A DNA stretch of 64,000 bases from Acidimicrobiia bacterium (GTDB lineage Bacteria > Actinomycetota > Acidimicrobiia > Spongiisociales > ZC4RG35). Each line of letters starts with the position of its first letter. The stretch's first letter is position 1. A program made the position numbers and the translations under genes. The notes beneath the pieces are model-generated. The model was not told where the DNA came from. It saw only the letters and a list, made by a program, of their open reading frames with translations, and ran no database searches. The DNA is taken from contig DASUUC010000081.1 of assembly GCA_036374335.1 (NCBI GenBank), forward strand, positions 6,863 through 70,862, read 5' to 3'. Shown here in pieces: positions 1 through 8,793 of the stretch.

Positions 1-458
1 GTGATGACCAGGGGCCCTAGGGTGGCTCCTAGGCCATAGCAGGCGTGGAGGAGGTTGATCGAGGCAACGTCGAATACGAGAGCGGCGTGGGCATTCATCC
101 CGGTGTCGATCAGTCCACCCCCCAGACCGAGGCAGACCGCGGACACAGCCACCATCACCCACTCGGGAGACAGCGCGATGCCCGTGAGACCTACGAAGAG
201 GAGTCCTCCCCCCATCCCGAGAAGTACCCCGGTTCCGAGTCGTGGGTGGAGCCACCCGTACCCGGCGCTGGCGCTCAGATAGCCGATGCTGCCGGAGGCG
301 AGGAGCAGGCCGAGGTCCGGGATATCACGGGTAAACACCGCTCTGATCGAGGGCCACGCCACTCCCAGAGCACCGTCGACCAGACCCAGCATGATGAAAG
401 CCGCCAGGGCGACTGCGAGAGCACGCAGCGAAGGACGGGGGAACCTGGCTCTGTTCAC
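1..458 (-). CDS. MFS transporter, N-terminal part (gene continues beyond left window edge)
   Basis: Own translation of minus strand from GTG at 456-458: VNRARFPRPSLRALAVALAAFIMLGLVDGALGVAWPSIRAVF...LLHACYGLGATLGPLVI. Successive hydrophobic helices with Gly-rich loops, MFS-like. Absent from ORF track because no stop lies inside the window. Confidence 0.5.
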   Translation of the reverse strand, partial: MNRARFPRPSLRALAVALAAFIMLGLVDGALGVAWPSIRAVFTRDIPDLGLLLASGSIGYLSASAGYGWLHPRLGTGVLLGMGGGLLFVGLTGIALSPEWVMVAVSAVCLGLGGGLIDTGMNAHAALVFDVASINLLHACYGLGATLGPLVI

Positions 459-539
459 CTGGGCACTATGGCGCAGCCGACGACGATCAGACAACGGCGC
501 GGTCCGATCAGGCGAAGGGTGGAGCGGTAGGTTCGCCCG

Positions 540-1016
540 ATGGAGAACATCTACGCAACCGATTGGGACAGCCACGAGGACCATCCCGGATTCGAATGGG
601 ATCGCATTCGGTTGGCCCGTCGGCTGGGCGGTCAGATGCTCGGGGCGAGCATCTTCGTCATCGGCCCCGGACAGAAGTCATTCCCGTACCACTTCCACCA
701 CTCCAACGAGGAGATGCTGATCGTGCTCGATGGCTCGATCACGGTCCGCACCCCGGAGGGTGACGAGCTGGCCAGCCGCGGTGATGCGATGATCTTCCGA
801 AAGGGGCCTGAGGGTGCCCACCAGATGATCAACAGCTCAGATTCTGAGGCTCGCATCCTGATGATCTCGACGATGGTGGAGCCCGAGATCGCCGAGTATC
901 CCGACACCGGGAAGATAGGGGTGTTCGCGGGCAGGGCCCCGGGCGGCACCTGTGAGGCAAGTCTTTGGAAGTTTCTGGACGGCTCGGCCGAGGTTGGTTA
1001 CTTCGACGGGGAGTGA
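540..1016 (+). CDS. cupin domain protein
   Basis: 158 aa; cupin-type His/Glu motif PYHFHHSNEEMLIVLDG and second motif GPEGAHQMIN. Confidence 0.7.
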   Translation: MENIYATDWDSHEDHPGFEWDRIRLARRLGGQMLGASIFVIGPGQKSFPYHFHHSNEEMLIVLDGSITVRTPEGDELASRGDAMIFRKGPEGAHQMINSSDSEARILMISTMVEPEIAEYPDTGKIGVFAGRAPGGTCEASLWKFLDGSAEVGYFDGE

Positions 1017-1110
1017 TGGTTATGAGACGGCCTGGCTCCCGTATCTGGGAGCCACAGCACGATGGCCCGCCGCTCGCCCCCTCCAAGCGACAGACCACCA
1101 AGAACGCCTA

Positions 1111-1139
1111 TGTCGAAATCTGTGTCGGCCGTTCGTATA
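1111..1139 (+). promoter_or_regulatory. candidate ECF-type promoter upstream of the YciI/ECF sigma genes
   Basis: TGTCGA (1111-1116), 17-nt spacer, CGTATA (1134-1139), about 55 nt upstream of the ATG at 1196. Resembles the TGTCGA/CGT-type promoter I recall being predicted for ECF42-group sigma factors (from memory, unverified). Confidence 0.3.
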
Positions 1140-1195
1140 GGGGGTAACGAGAGGCCTGGGTAGGTTCCCGGGACCGCAAGCGAAGGAGACATGAA

Positions 1196-1552
1196 ATGTC
1201 GCAGTATCTGATGTCCGTCTACTACGTCGAGGGCGAAGAGGCACCGGCGGACGAAGTCATTCAAGAGATGTATGCCGACGTCGACGCACTGAACAAGAAA
1301 ATGCAGGACGCCGGAGTCTGGGTCTTCGGAGGTGGTCTTCACACCCCGGACACCGCTACCGTGGTTCGATCCGACGATGGTGAGGTCCTCACCACGGATG
1401 GCCCCTTCCCCGAGGCCAAAGAGCAGATTGGTGGGTTCTGGATCATCGAGGCCGAGAACCTGGACGCGGCTCTCGACTGGGCGTCACAGGCAACTGTGGC
1501 CTGCCGCGGACCGGTGGAGATCCGGCCTTTCCAGGACGAGCCCGAGGCCTGA
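1196..1552 (+). CDS. YciI-like (DGPF domain) protein
   Basis: 118 aa; contains TTDGPFPEAKEQIGGFWIIEA, the DGPF/YciI signature. Strong RBS GAAGGAG upstream. Confidence 0.8.
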   Translation: MSQYLMSVYYVEGEEAPADEVIQEMYADVDALNKKMQDAGVWVFGGGLHTPDTATVVRSDDGEVLTTDGPFPEAKEQIGGFWIIEAENLDAALDWASQATVACRGPVEIRPFQDEPEA

Positions 1553-1561
1553 CCTCCAGAA

Positions 1562-2785
1562 GTGGCCGATGACCGCGAGATCGCCGAGATCTTCAAGCAT
1601 GAGTCCGGCCGAGCCGTCGCCACCCTGGTCCGCCGCTTCGGTGACATCGACATCGCCGAAGAGGCGGTCCAGGAGGCATTTGTCGAAGCGGTCCGACGCT
1701 GGCCCAACACGGGGGTTCCTCCGAGCCCTGCCGGGTGGATCATCACCACTGCGAAAAACCGAGCCATCGATCGTCTCCGCCGGGAGGGTCTTCGTGAAGA
1801 CCGGCAGAGCGAGGCGTTTCGCCTCCTCGACCGAGATGAGCCAGATGAGATCGAGATCGTGGATGACGACCAACTGAGGCTAATCTTCACCTGCTGTCAC
1901 CCTGCTCTTGCCGCCAACGCTCAAGTGGCACTGACGCTGAGACTCATCGCAGGACTGCAGACCGACGAGATCGCTCGGGCGTTCCTCGTGTCCGAGACCA
2001 CGATGGCGCAGCGGCTCGTCCGAGCGAAGCGCAAGATCAAGGCCGCCAACATCCCTTACCGGATCCCTGGTGACGCCGAGCTTCCCAACCGGTTGAAGCC
2101 GGTTCTCGCGGTGATCTACCTCGTGTACAACGAAGGTCATCTCGCCACCTCGGGCGACCAGCTGATCCGTCATGACGTCGCCGACGAGGCAGTGAGGCTC
2201 GCCCGTTTGCTCGCGGACTTGATGCCCGACGAGCCCGAGGTGATCGGTCTGCTCGCTCTGATGGTCCTGACCGAGTCACGCCGGAGGGCACGCACCGGCC
2301 CGAATGGCGAGTTGATCCGACTCCCCGATCAGGACCGGGCACTTTGGGACCAAGCTCAGATCGAGGAGGGTCAAGACTTGGTGCGAGCTTGCCTACGCCG
2401 CAACCGGCCAGGGCCATATCAGTTACAGGCAGCTATCGCCGCAGTCCATTCAGATGCCCGAAGGGCAGAGGAGACGGACTGGAGCCAGATCTTGACCTTG
2501 TACGACCAGCTCCTCGGATTCACATCATCACCGATAGTGAAGCTGAACCGATCCATCGCGCTTGCCGAGACCGGCGAGGTCACGTCGGCGCTCGCGGCGA
2601 TCGACCGACTCGATCTCGGCGGCTACTACCTATTGCACGCGGCCCGGGGCGATCTACTGGAGAGGTTGGGTCGCGTCGAGGAAGCCGCCCAGGCCTATGG
2701 CGCAGCGTCAGCTCTCACCGCGAACGCGACCGAGCAGGAGCATCTCCGCAAGTCTCAGCAGCGTGCCCTTGGGTTGACCGAGTAG
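1562..2785 (+). CDS. ECF sigma factor with long C-terminal (TPR-like) extension, ECF42-type
   Basis: 407 aa; sigma region 2 (GWIITTAKNRAIDRLRRE) and region 4 (LAGLQTDEIARAFLVSETTMAQRLVRAKRKI), then a roughly 220-aa helical extension. Sits directly after a DGPF protein gene, the typical ECF42 context. Confidence 0.8.
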   Translation: MADDREIAEIFKHESGRAVATLVRRFGDIDIAEEAVQEAFVEAVRRWPNTGVPPSPAGWIITTAKNRAIDRLRREGLREDRQSEAFRLLDRDEPDEIEIVDDDQLRLIFTCCHPALAANAQVALTLRLIAGLQTDEIARAFLVSETTMAQRLVRAKRKIKAANIPYRIPGDAELPNRLKPVLAVIYLVYNEGHLATSGDQLIRHDVADEAVRLARLLADLMPDEPEVIGLLALMVLTESRRRARTGPNGELIRLPDQDRALWDQAQIEEGQDLVRACLRRNRPGPYQLQAAIAAVHSDARRAEETDWSQILTLYDQLLGFTSSPIVKLNRSIALAETGEVTSALAAIDRLDLGGYYLLHAARGDLLERLGRVEEAAQAYGAASALTANATEQEHLRKSQQRALGLTE

Positions 2786-2812
2786 CCGGGGTCACGTGAC
2801 AGAATCGGGTGG

Positions 2813-3379
2813 TTGCCGGACATGAACACCTCAGTGGGATCTGAGGGCAGACGCCAGAAATTCAATGCCATCGCCGACGAGGTCTTCGAGCCTCTGCAGC
2901 GGTATCTACGGAGGCGCGCCGGCACCAGCGACGCCGAGGATGCACTGAGCGAAGTGATGTTGGCCATATGGCGGCGTGTCGACGACGCACCATCGGATCG
3001 TCCACTCCCCTGGTGTTATGGCATCGCCCGACGAATCCTGGCGAATCAGCGTCGGAGCCAGAGCCGACATTTCCGTCTAATCCAACGCATCGAAGCAGAG
3101 CCTCGTTTCTCAACGTTCCCCGACCCCGCCGAAGCCGGGCCGGATCCTGAATTAGCCGCTGCACTGGCCTCTCTAAGAGACCAAGACCAGGAGGTGCTCC
3201 GTCTCTGGGCATGGGAGCAACTCGAGCCCAGAGAGATAGCCATCGCGATGGATGTTTCAGTCAATGCCGCCACTCTGCGACTGGCGCGCGCCAAGAAAAG
3301 GCTGGCGAGTCACATGTCGAGACAGAATCGCTCCGATGCCGGACACATCACGGTTGAAGGCACCCAGGAGAGCCGATGA
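2813..3379 (+). CDS. ECF (sigma-70 family) RNA polymerase sigma factor
   Basis: 188 aa; region 2 (PWCYGIARRILANQRRS) and region 4 (LEPREIAIAMDVSVNAATLRLARAKKRL). Confidence 0.8.
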   Translation: MPDMNTSVGSEGRRQKFNAIADEVFEPLQRYLRRRAGTSDAEDALSEVMLAIWRRVDDAPSDRPLPWCYGIARRILANQRRSQSRHFRLIQRIEAEPRFSTFPDPAEAGPDPELAAALASLRDQDQEVLRLWAWEQLEPREIAIAMDVSVNAATLRLARAKKRLASHMSRQNRSDAGHITVEGTQESR

Positions 3380-3972
3380 GTGACGAGCTGAGAGAACGAC
3401 TGGCCCGATCCGATCCGATGCACTCCGGTGTGCCCACCGAGCCGACGACTACGGAGTCGTCCCGAGGGCTATTGGAGACAATCATGAGCACACCAACCAA
3501 ACAGCCGGCCGAGCGCCCGGCAGAGAAGTCCCGGCGTGGCTGGACCGTCGCAGTTGCCGCGGTCGCCGCGCTGGTTCTCGCCGTCGGCGGCGGCCTTTCC
3601 CTGGTAGGAGGGGAAGATGTGTCACCCCTCGAGCTGAACGCACAAGGTGAGAACCTCATGGCCAGTTGCATCATGTTCTCACCGGATGAGCTGAGCAGGG
3701 TCGCCGAGATCGCCTTCGAAGGCACCGCCACCGCGGTCGAGGGCGACGTGGTCACTCTCACCGTGGACACCTGGTACCGGGGTGACGGAGCCACAGAGGT
3801 CGTGTTGCGAGCACCACAGGGAATGGAGGCCTTGATCGGAGGCATCCCATTCGAGGTTGGTGGCCAGTACCTCATAAGCGCCCAAGATGGGAATGTGAAC
3901 TACTGCGGTTTCAGCGGCCCGGCGACATCGGAATTGCGAGAGGGCTTCGAAGCGGCATTCGCCCAGGGTTGA
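3376..3972 (+). CDS. putative membrane-anchored anti-sigma factor / hypothetical protein
   Basis: 198 aa; ATGA overlap with the sigma gene stop; one TM helix (WTVAVAAVAALVLAVGGGLSLV) separates a short cytoplasmic N-terminus from an extracytoplasmic domain. Function inferred from position only. Confidence 0.45.
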   Translation: MSDELRERLARSDPMHSGVPTEPTTTESSRGLLETIMSTPTKQPAERPAEKSRRGWTVAVAAVAALVLAVGGGLSLVGGEDVSPLELNAQGENLMASCIMFSPDELSRVAEIAFEGTATAVEGDVVTLTVDTWYRGDGATEVVLRAPQGMEALIGGIPFEVGGQYLISAQDGNVNYCGFSGPATSELREGFEAAFAQG

Positions 3973-3990
3973 CCCCCCGCCAACCACCTG

Positions 3991-4039
3991 GAAGTCAGGG
4001 TTCGACACCACCTCAGCGGTGGTCGGCGACCCTGACTTC
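3991..4039 (+). terminator. long stem-loop downstream of the sigma/anti-sigma operon
   Basis: gaagtcagggt (3991-4001) pairs perfectly with accctgacttc (4029-4039). Inner 6-bp stem accacc/ggtggt with 5-nt loop. No clear U-tract. Confidence 0.45.
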
Positions 4040-4401
4040 GGGTTCCCCCCCGACTCCACCACCCCATTCGCCAGGCCGGGTACCAAGGCAAACCAGTGCC
4101 CCACTATCCCACCATCCGCTCCAGGAGAGAGATGTCGAGGTGCTCCTCGACGGCATCGGCGCGCAGATCGAACATCGTCTCCAACAACACCGGTTCCGGA
4201 CGGTGACCGGTCAACGCTGCAACCCCCACTCGCGCATTGTTCGACATGTTCTGCACTCTGAAAGGGTGGCATTCACTCCCTGCCTGCCAATCCAGGGGAT
4301 AATGGCGGTGACCAGCAGAGTCTGCCGGCATCTGACGTGCAACCAAGGACCACTATCAAGGGGCGGCTTTCGCTGCTCACAGAGCCAACCTATTCCCATC
4401 G

Positions 4402-5058
4402 ATGTCCCAACCCACTCCACGATCCAATCGAGTAGACCCTTTTGGAGATCTTCACGCTGTCCATGAACGCGGGATGTTCACGGGGAATCGGGGATGCCTC
4501 GTCGATGAGACCGGACGCACGGTTCGTCACCACCGGGGCCAACCCTGGATCACATGTGTCACCTCGTACCGAGGTTGGAAGTCTCCCCTCGACCAACCGG
4601 GCCATTGGACACCTCTTTTCTTTCTCGACGACGCGGTGGCCCTGGCGGCGGGACACCGACCTTGCGGGTTGTGCCGTCGCGATGACTACCGGTCCTATCG
4701 CCACGCGGTGCAACGGGGTTCAGGGAGAGGCGCGCCACCGTCAGCCATAGAACTCAACCGGATGCTGGCTTCCGAACGCCTGAACCGGGGCCGTGGCCTT
4801 CGCCGAGCCGCCGATCGAAAGACATGGACGGCCGACATGTCTCAGATGCCGGACGGAGCTGTGATCCTGGTGGGAGGCCGCCACCCGGCACTGGTGGCAG
4901 GGAATCACCTGTTTTTATTCGGATTCGGAGGCTGGAAACTCCTCCACGAGCGCCCGGCCCGAGGGAGGGTTGTCGTTCTGACTCCCCCCACGTCGGTGAT
5001 GGCTCTCAGCTGCGGCTATACCCCGAGGTTGCACCCCAGCTGTCAGGTTGACCTGTGA
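4402..5058 (+). CDS. conserved hypothetical protein (Cys motif GHRPCGLCRR)
   Basis: 218 aa ORF with coding-like composition; motifs FTGNRGCL, LFFLDDAVALAAGHRPCGLCRRDDY. No family assignable by eye. Confidence 0.5.
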   Translation: MSQPTPRSNRVDPFGDLHAVHERGMFTGNRGCLVDETGRTVRHHRGQPWITCVTSYRGWKSPLDQPGHWTPLFFLDDAVALAAGHRPCGLCRRDDYRSYRHAVQRGSGRGAPPSAIELNRMLASERLNRGRGLRRAADRKTWTADMSQMPDGAVILVGGRHPALVAGNHLFLFGFGGWKLLHERPARGRVVVLTPPTSVMALSCGYTPRLHPSCQVDL

Positions 5059-5334
5059 GGTTCAGGTCCGTCGAGTTGCCGAGGACCCGGGCAGTCCACT
5101 GCAAAGAGGCGGGGTTGCCAAACAGAAATCCCTGACCGAAGTGTCATTTCGTCCCGCTCAACGGGTGGATCTGCACGATCAACGCTCACTGACGGCCCCC
5201 CGGCGGTGAAAGTAGGCCGCCCGGGACGCATCTCACTCTCTGGAAGAGCACCTGGACCATCGCCCGCTCCGATGTGACGAAGGGCCCTATTTGCCCACGC
5301 CTTCATCCGATCCAATCGACATAAAGGAGAATCG

Positions 5335-5787
5335 ATGTCAGCTACAGGGATCCATGTCTCGCCTGATCTGAGGAGGGCGGGAAGGCGATTCGGCTATGGC
5401 GTCGCCATCGCGATCAACGTCGCCATGCTCATCGTGGTCCAGTACATCCTCGACTGGGGCAGGCTGGCATTCCTAACCGATGAGTTCGCCGATGTGGTCC
5501 CCTGGATCAGCCTCGGGTTGGTCGCCACAATCGTGGCGAACCTCGTCTATCAGTTCAACGACACACGAATCGTGAAGTCGACCGGCCAGATCCTGACCAA
5601 CCTGATCAGCATTTTCGTGACCTACCAGGTCTATCTGGTGTTCCCGTTCGACTTCTCCGGCTCGACCTTCAATTGGGAGGTCATTTTCAGGATTCTCCTG
5701 GTCTTGGCCATGGTCGGAGCCGGGATAGGTGTGCTCGTGGAAGCGGTAAAGCTCGCGTCCAGCGAGTTTCAACAAGAAAGGAGGTGA
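5335..5787 (+). CDS. integral membrane protein
   Basis: 150 aa, about 4 predicted TM helices; RBS AAAGGAG 5 nt upstream. First gene of a four-gene overlapping membrane-protein operon. Confidence 0.65.
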   Translation: MSATGIHVSPDLRRAGRRFGYGVAIAINVAMLIVVQYILDWGRLAFLTDEFADVVPWISLGLVATIVANLVYQFNDTRIVKSTGQILTNLISIFVTYQVYLVFPFDFSGSTFNWEVIFRILLVLAMVGAGIGVLVEAVKLASSEFQQERR

Positions 5788-5790
5788 CGA

Positions 5791-6222
5791 ATGCCGACAG
5801 CAACCAATTCGGTGCAAAGCGAAGTGCAGACCGATACCCAAGTCGATAGACGGCTCTACCGCAGTAACACTCAGCGAGTCATCGCAGGCGTCTGCGGCGG
5901 GCTCGGCGAGTACTTCGCCCTAGACCCGGTCTGGTTCCGCATCGGATTCGTCGTGCTGGCTCTCGGGGGAGGATCGGGAATCCTGATCTACCTGGTGATG
6001 TGGCTGGTGATCCAGCCCGCGCCGAATGGCCATGTTTCCCAGCCCCCGGGGCAAGGGGCACCCACCGGTGCCGCTGTAGTCGGCGCCGTGCTCATGATCG
6101 TGGGCACCATCGCACTGGCCAACACAATTGCGCCGTGGATGGGGCAGTACATCTGGCCAGTCGTCTTTGTCTTGGTCGGTCTGGCCCTAGTAATGGGAGG
6201 TCTCAATCGTGACAATCACTGA
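5791..6222 (+). CDS. PspC domain-containing membrane protein
   Basis: 143 aa; RLYRSNTQRVIAGVCGGLGEYFALDPVWFRIGFVVLAL is the PspC-domain signature. RBS AAGGAGG. Confidence 0.8.
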   Translation: MPTATNSVQSEVQTDTQVDRRLYRSNTQRVIAGVCGGLGEYFALDPVWFRIGFVVLALGGGSGILIYLVMWLVIQPAPNGHVSQPPGQGAPTGAAVVGAVLMIVGTIALANTIAPWMGQYIWPVVFVLVGLALVMGGLNRDNH

Positions 6223-6868
6223 CAGACCACCGATCGAACAAGAGAACGTCGAACAACCAGCGAGACGTCGCGTTTCAACACCCCAAATCGTCGGAGGCGG
6301 GGTCTTGGTCCTCATAGGCTTCCTTTGGCTGCTGGAGAGGACCGGGGCCATCGACATAAGTGTCACCGCCGTCCTCGCACTGGGAACGATGGTCATCGGG
6401 ATCTCACTGATGTTGCTGGCCAACGAAGGGGCTCACGGCGGGCTCATCGTGTTCGGAACCATCCTGGCGCTCATCACGCTGATGACCGCAGCCGCCCCGT
6501 TCGAGGGCTTCCAGGGTGGTGTCGGGGAACGCGTCATCGAGGTGTCGTCAGTCGACGACATCCGGGCCGACTACAACCTCGCGATGGGCACCTTGACCAT
6601 CGATCTTCGTGAGATCGATGACCTCGGGGCCGCTACTCCCCTGACCGCAAGTGTTGGCATGGGCGAGCTGGTGATCCGTGTCCCAGAGGGCACCGAGGTT
6701 CGAGTGGACGCCAATGTCGGGGCCGGCGAATTGGAGATCCTGGGAAGGACCACCGAGGGGGTCGGGATCGACGAGACCTATCAATCGCCTGGCTTCGGGC
6801 AGAGCTCCGAGAGCCTGTCACTGGAGCTTCAGGCCTTCACGGGAAGAGTGGAGGTGACGGATGACTGA
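6209..6868 (+). CDS. LiaF-like (DUF2154-type) cell-envelope stress membrane protein
   Basis: 219 aa; N-terminal TM helices plus a beta-rich C-terminal domain (GELVIRVPEGTEVRVDANVGAGELEILG) resembling the LiaF C-terminus. GTG start after GGAGG; overlaps the PspC gene. Confidence 0.55.
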   Translation: MTITDRPPIEQENVEQPARRRVSTPQIVGGGVLVLIGFLWLLERTGAIDISVTAVLALGTMVIGISLMLLANEGAHGGLIVFGTILALITLMTAAAPFEGFQGGVGERVIEVSSVDDIRADYNLAMGTLTIDLREIDDLGAATPLTASVGMGELVIRVPEGTEVRVDANVGAGELEILGRTTEGVGIDETYQSPGFGQSSESLSLELQAFTGRVEVTDD

Positions 6869-7079
6869 TCGATTCCATGCCGGGACATTCCTGTGGGGTG
6901 TCGTGCTGACCTTGACCGGAGCGGCACTCGCTTCGGTGGGTTTCGGGTGGTGGGACATCTCGTCTATCGATCTGCGATATGTCGCTCCGGTATTCGTGAT
7001 CCTGGTCGGGGCAGTGATCCTCCTCGGCGCGCTGACGCCGGGACGCAACGGGGGGTCGCCGGTCGACAAGACCGAATAG
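6861..7079 (+). CDS. small two-TM membrane protein
   Basis: 72 aa; overlaps the upstream gene by 8 nt; RBS GGAGGTG. Confidence 0.55.
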   Translation: MTDRFHAGTFLWGVVLTLTGAALASVGFGWWDISSIDLRYVAPVFVILVGAVILLGALTPGRNGGSPVDKTE

Positions 7080-7094
7080 ACAGTCAACAAAACC

Positions 7095-7128
7095 GAGGAG
7101 GCCCGGGTCTTGAGGTCCGGGCCTCCTC
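7095..7128 (+). terminator. intrinsic-terminator-like hairpin
   Basis: Perfect 12-bp stem gaggaggcccgg / ccgggcctcctc with 10-nt loop, 16 nt after the stop at 7079. Confidence 0.55.
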
Positions 7129-7153
7129 ACAAATACCACTGGAGGTGGGATGA

Positions 7154-7681
7154 ATGACGAATGAGACACCCGACAGAAGCCGCATCCTCGTGTCAGCGGG
7201 ATCCAAACATGGCTCGACCGCGGAGATCGCCGAGAGGATTGCTGCGGTCCTCACCGATCGAGGCCATGACGTCGATATCGCGGCCCCCGAACATGTCACC
7301 GACTTGTCGAGCTATGAGGCGGTCGTGCTGGGAAGCGCCGTTTACGCGGGCCATTGGGTGGCCAGCGCGAAAGAGCTGGCCGATCGCATCGCCGAGCAGA
7401 GCACCCATCCGGAGACCTGGATCTTCTCCAGCGGACCGGTGGGCGAACCGCCCAAGCCGGAAGAGGATCCGGTCGACGTGGTACCTATATTGGAAGCCAC
7501 AACGGCCCGTGATCATCGCGTGTTCTCAGGCAAGATCGACAAGTCGAAGCTGAGCTTCGGGGAGAAGGCGATCCTCGTCGCCGTGCGTGCTCCCGAAGGC
7601 GACTTTCGTGACTGGAACGAGATCGAGTCGTGGGCGAACGAGATCGCCGACCAACTGGTTGGAGAAATGAGCAGACAATGA
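7154..7681 (+). CDS. flavodoxin-like domain protein
   Basis: 175 aa; ILVSAGSKHGSTAEIAERIA (flavodoxin FMN-binding loop) and VVLGSAVYAGHW. Confidence 0.7.
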   Translation: MTNETPDRSRILVSAGSKHGSTAEIAERIAAVLTDRGHDVDIAAPEHVTDLSSYEAVVLGSAVYAGHWVASAKELADRIAEQSTHPETWIFSSGPVGEPPKPEEDPVDVVPILEATTARDHRVFSGKIDKSKLSFGEKAILVAVRAPEGDFRDWNEIESWANEIADQLVGEMSRQ

Positions 7682-7962
7682 ACTCGGAGCAAGAGAAGAC
7701 AACGAAACAGTGGATCAGCGACGCCGAGGAGGCGTTGAACCGCACCGGCGACGCCTTGAAGACGGCTTGGAACGAGACCAAGGAAGCCCGCATGGCGACT
7801 CTGGAGGCTGCCCGCGAAGCGGCGTCCCGACTGGGCAAGGCGATAGATGAGGGCATCGAGGCCGCCCGGAAGAGTTGGGATACATCTCAGAGCCAGGAAC
7901 CGGCGGACAAGACGTCGGCCGAGGCCCCGAGCACGACAGAGGACCCAGATAAGGAAGAGTGA
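7678..7962 (+). CDS. hypothetical helical, charged protein
   Basis: Start chosen at the ATG overlapping the flavodoxin stop (ATGA). 94 aa, Ala/Glu/Lys-rich. The ORF-track start at 7630 lies inside the flavodoxin gene. Confidence 0.45.
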   Translation: MNSEQEKTTKQWISDAEEALNRTGDALKTAWNETKEARMATLEAAREAASRLGKAIDEGIEAARKSWDTSQSQEPADKTSAEAPSTTEDPDKEE

Positions 7963-7965
7963 CTG

Positions 7966-8556
7966 ATGAGGCAACACCCCCCAACGCCGCAACATGAGCT
8001 GGAGGAAGCTGCCGAAGGAACGGAGTTCTTCCGAACGCCAGGGAGCGACCTTCAGGTCGAAGACGCCAGAGACCAAGCTGCGGCTGCGGGATGGCTGCCC
8101 CCTGATGTGGTGTATGACTGGCCGTCGGTGGACACCCATCGGCAGGTGACCATTCGCCGCCAAGACCTCTACAACGCCATGCGAGGGCTCGAGGCAAGCG
8201 CCGCCCGGGCCACCGGCCAGGACGATTGGGCCGACGAAGTCCGCAGTGCCTTGACCGTCCTCGAATCGACTCTGCAGCGTCATGTCACGGAGATAGAGGG
8301 GCCCAACGGCCTTTTCGCCGAAGTGATCGACCGCGCCCCGCATCTCGAGCCTGACGTCGACAGGCTCCGCAAAGAGCATCGAGATCTGGCGATCGCTTGC
8401 GACAATGCCTTGGAGATCGTGAGCTCAGGCGACGTGGACACCGACGTGGTGCGTCGCAAGGTGCTGAGCATGTTGGGTCGTCTCGCCATCCACCGTCAGC
8501 GCGGATCGGAGCTGCTCTTCGACGCCTACAACGTGGATCTGGCTGCGGCGGACTGA
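7966..8556 (+). CDS. hypothetical protein
   Basis: 196 aa ORF with coding-like codon usage, starting 4 nt after the previous gene. No family recognised. Confidence 0.5.
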   Translation: MRQHPPTPQHELEEAAEGTEFFRTPGSDLQVEDARDQAAAAGWLPPDVVYDWPSVDTHRQVTIRRQDLYNAMRGLEASAARATGQDDWADEVRSALTVLESTLQRHVTEIEGPNGLFAEVIDRAPHLEPDVDRLRKEHRDLAIACDNALEIVSSGDVDTDVVRRKVLSMLGRLAIHRQRGSELLFDAYNVDLAAAD

Positions 8557-8663
8557 TCGCCCAGCCAGGACGCCAGGAACTCCTCGACGCTTCCAAGCCG
8601 AACACCTGTGCCCGAAGCGACGATATAGCCGTCGGGTCGCACCAGTGCGTAGCGATAGATTGG
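8526..8663 (-). pseudogene. possible remnant of the C-terminus of an FAD-dependent aromatic monooxygenase
   Basis: Own minus-strand translation: PIYRYALVRPDGYIVASGTGVRLGSVEEFLASWLGDQ.. ending at TAG (8526-8528). The LVRPDGY motif is typical of the C-terminal tail of that family. Only about 45 codons, bounded upstream by a stop; no start. Confidence 0.3.
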
Positions 8664-8793
8664 CTATTGGACGCGCAGCCCAACGGAGGAGTTTGGAACG
8701 ACCGGCTAGGGGGAAAGAAGCGGGACCTTCGGCCCTGGCCAAGGATGGGCAGTCGCCCATAGCGTCGTAAGTGTTTGATGAACCTTTGGGGGT

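Noticed and set aside
3991-4010. GGGTTCGAC string resembling a tRNA T-arm
   Set aside because: No acceptor stem, D-arm or anticodon arm can be built around it. It is part of a long perfect hairpin (3991-4039) downstream of a gene, so it was called terminator-like. I found no tRNA elsewhere in the intergenic regions.
4104-4346. 80-aa minus-strand ORF in the 430-nt gap between the anti-sigma gene and the 4402 gene
   Set aside because: It has no RBS, no recognisable motif and several equally long overlapping ORFs in other frames. I cannot support it as a gene.
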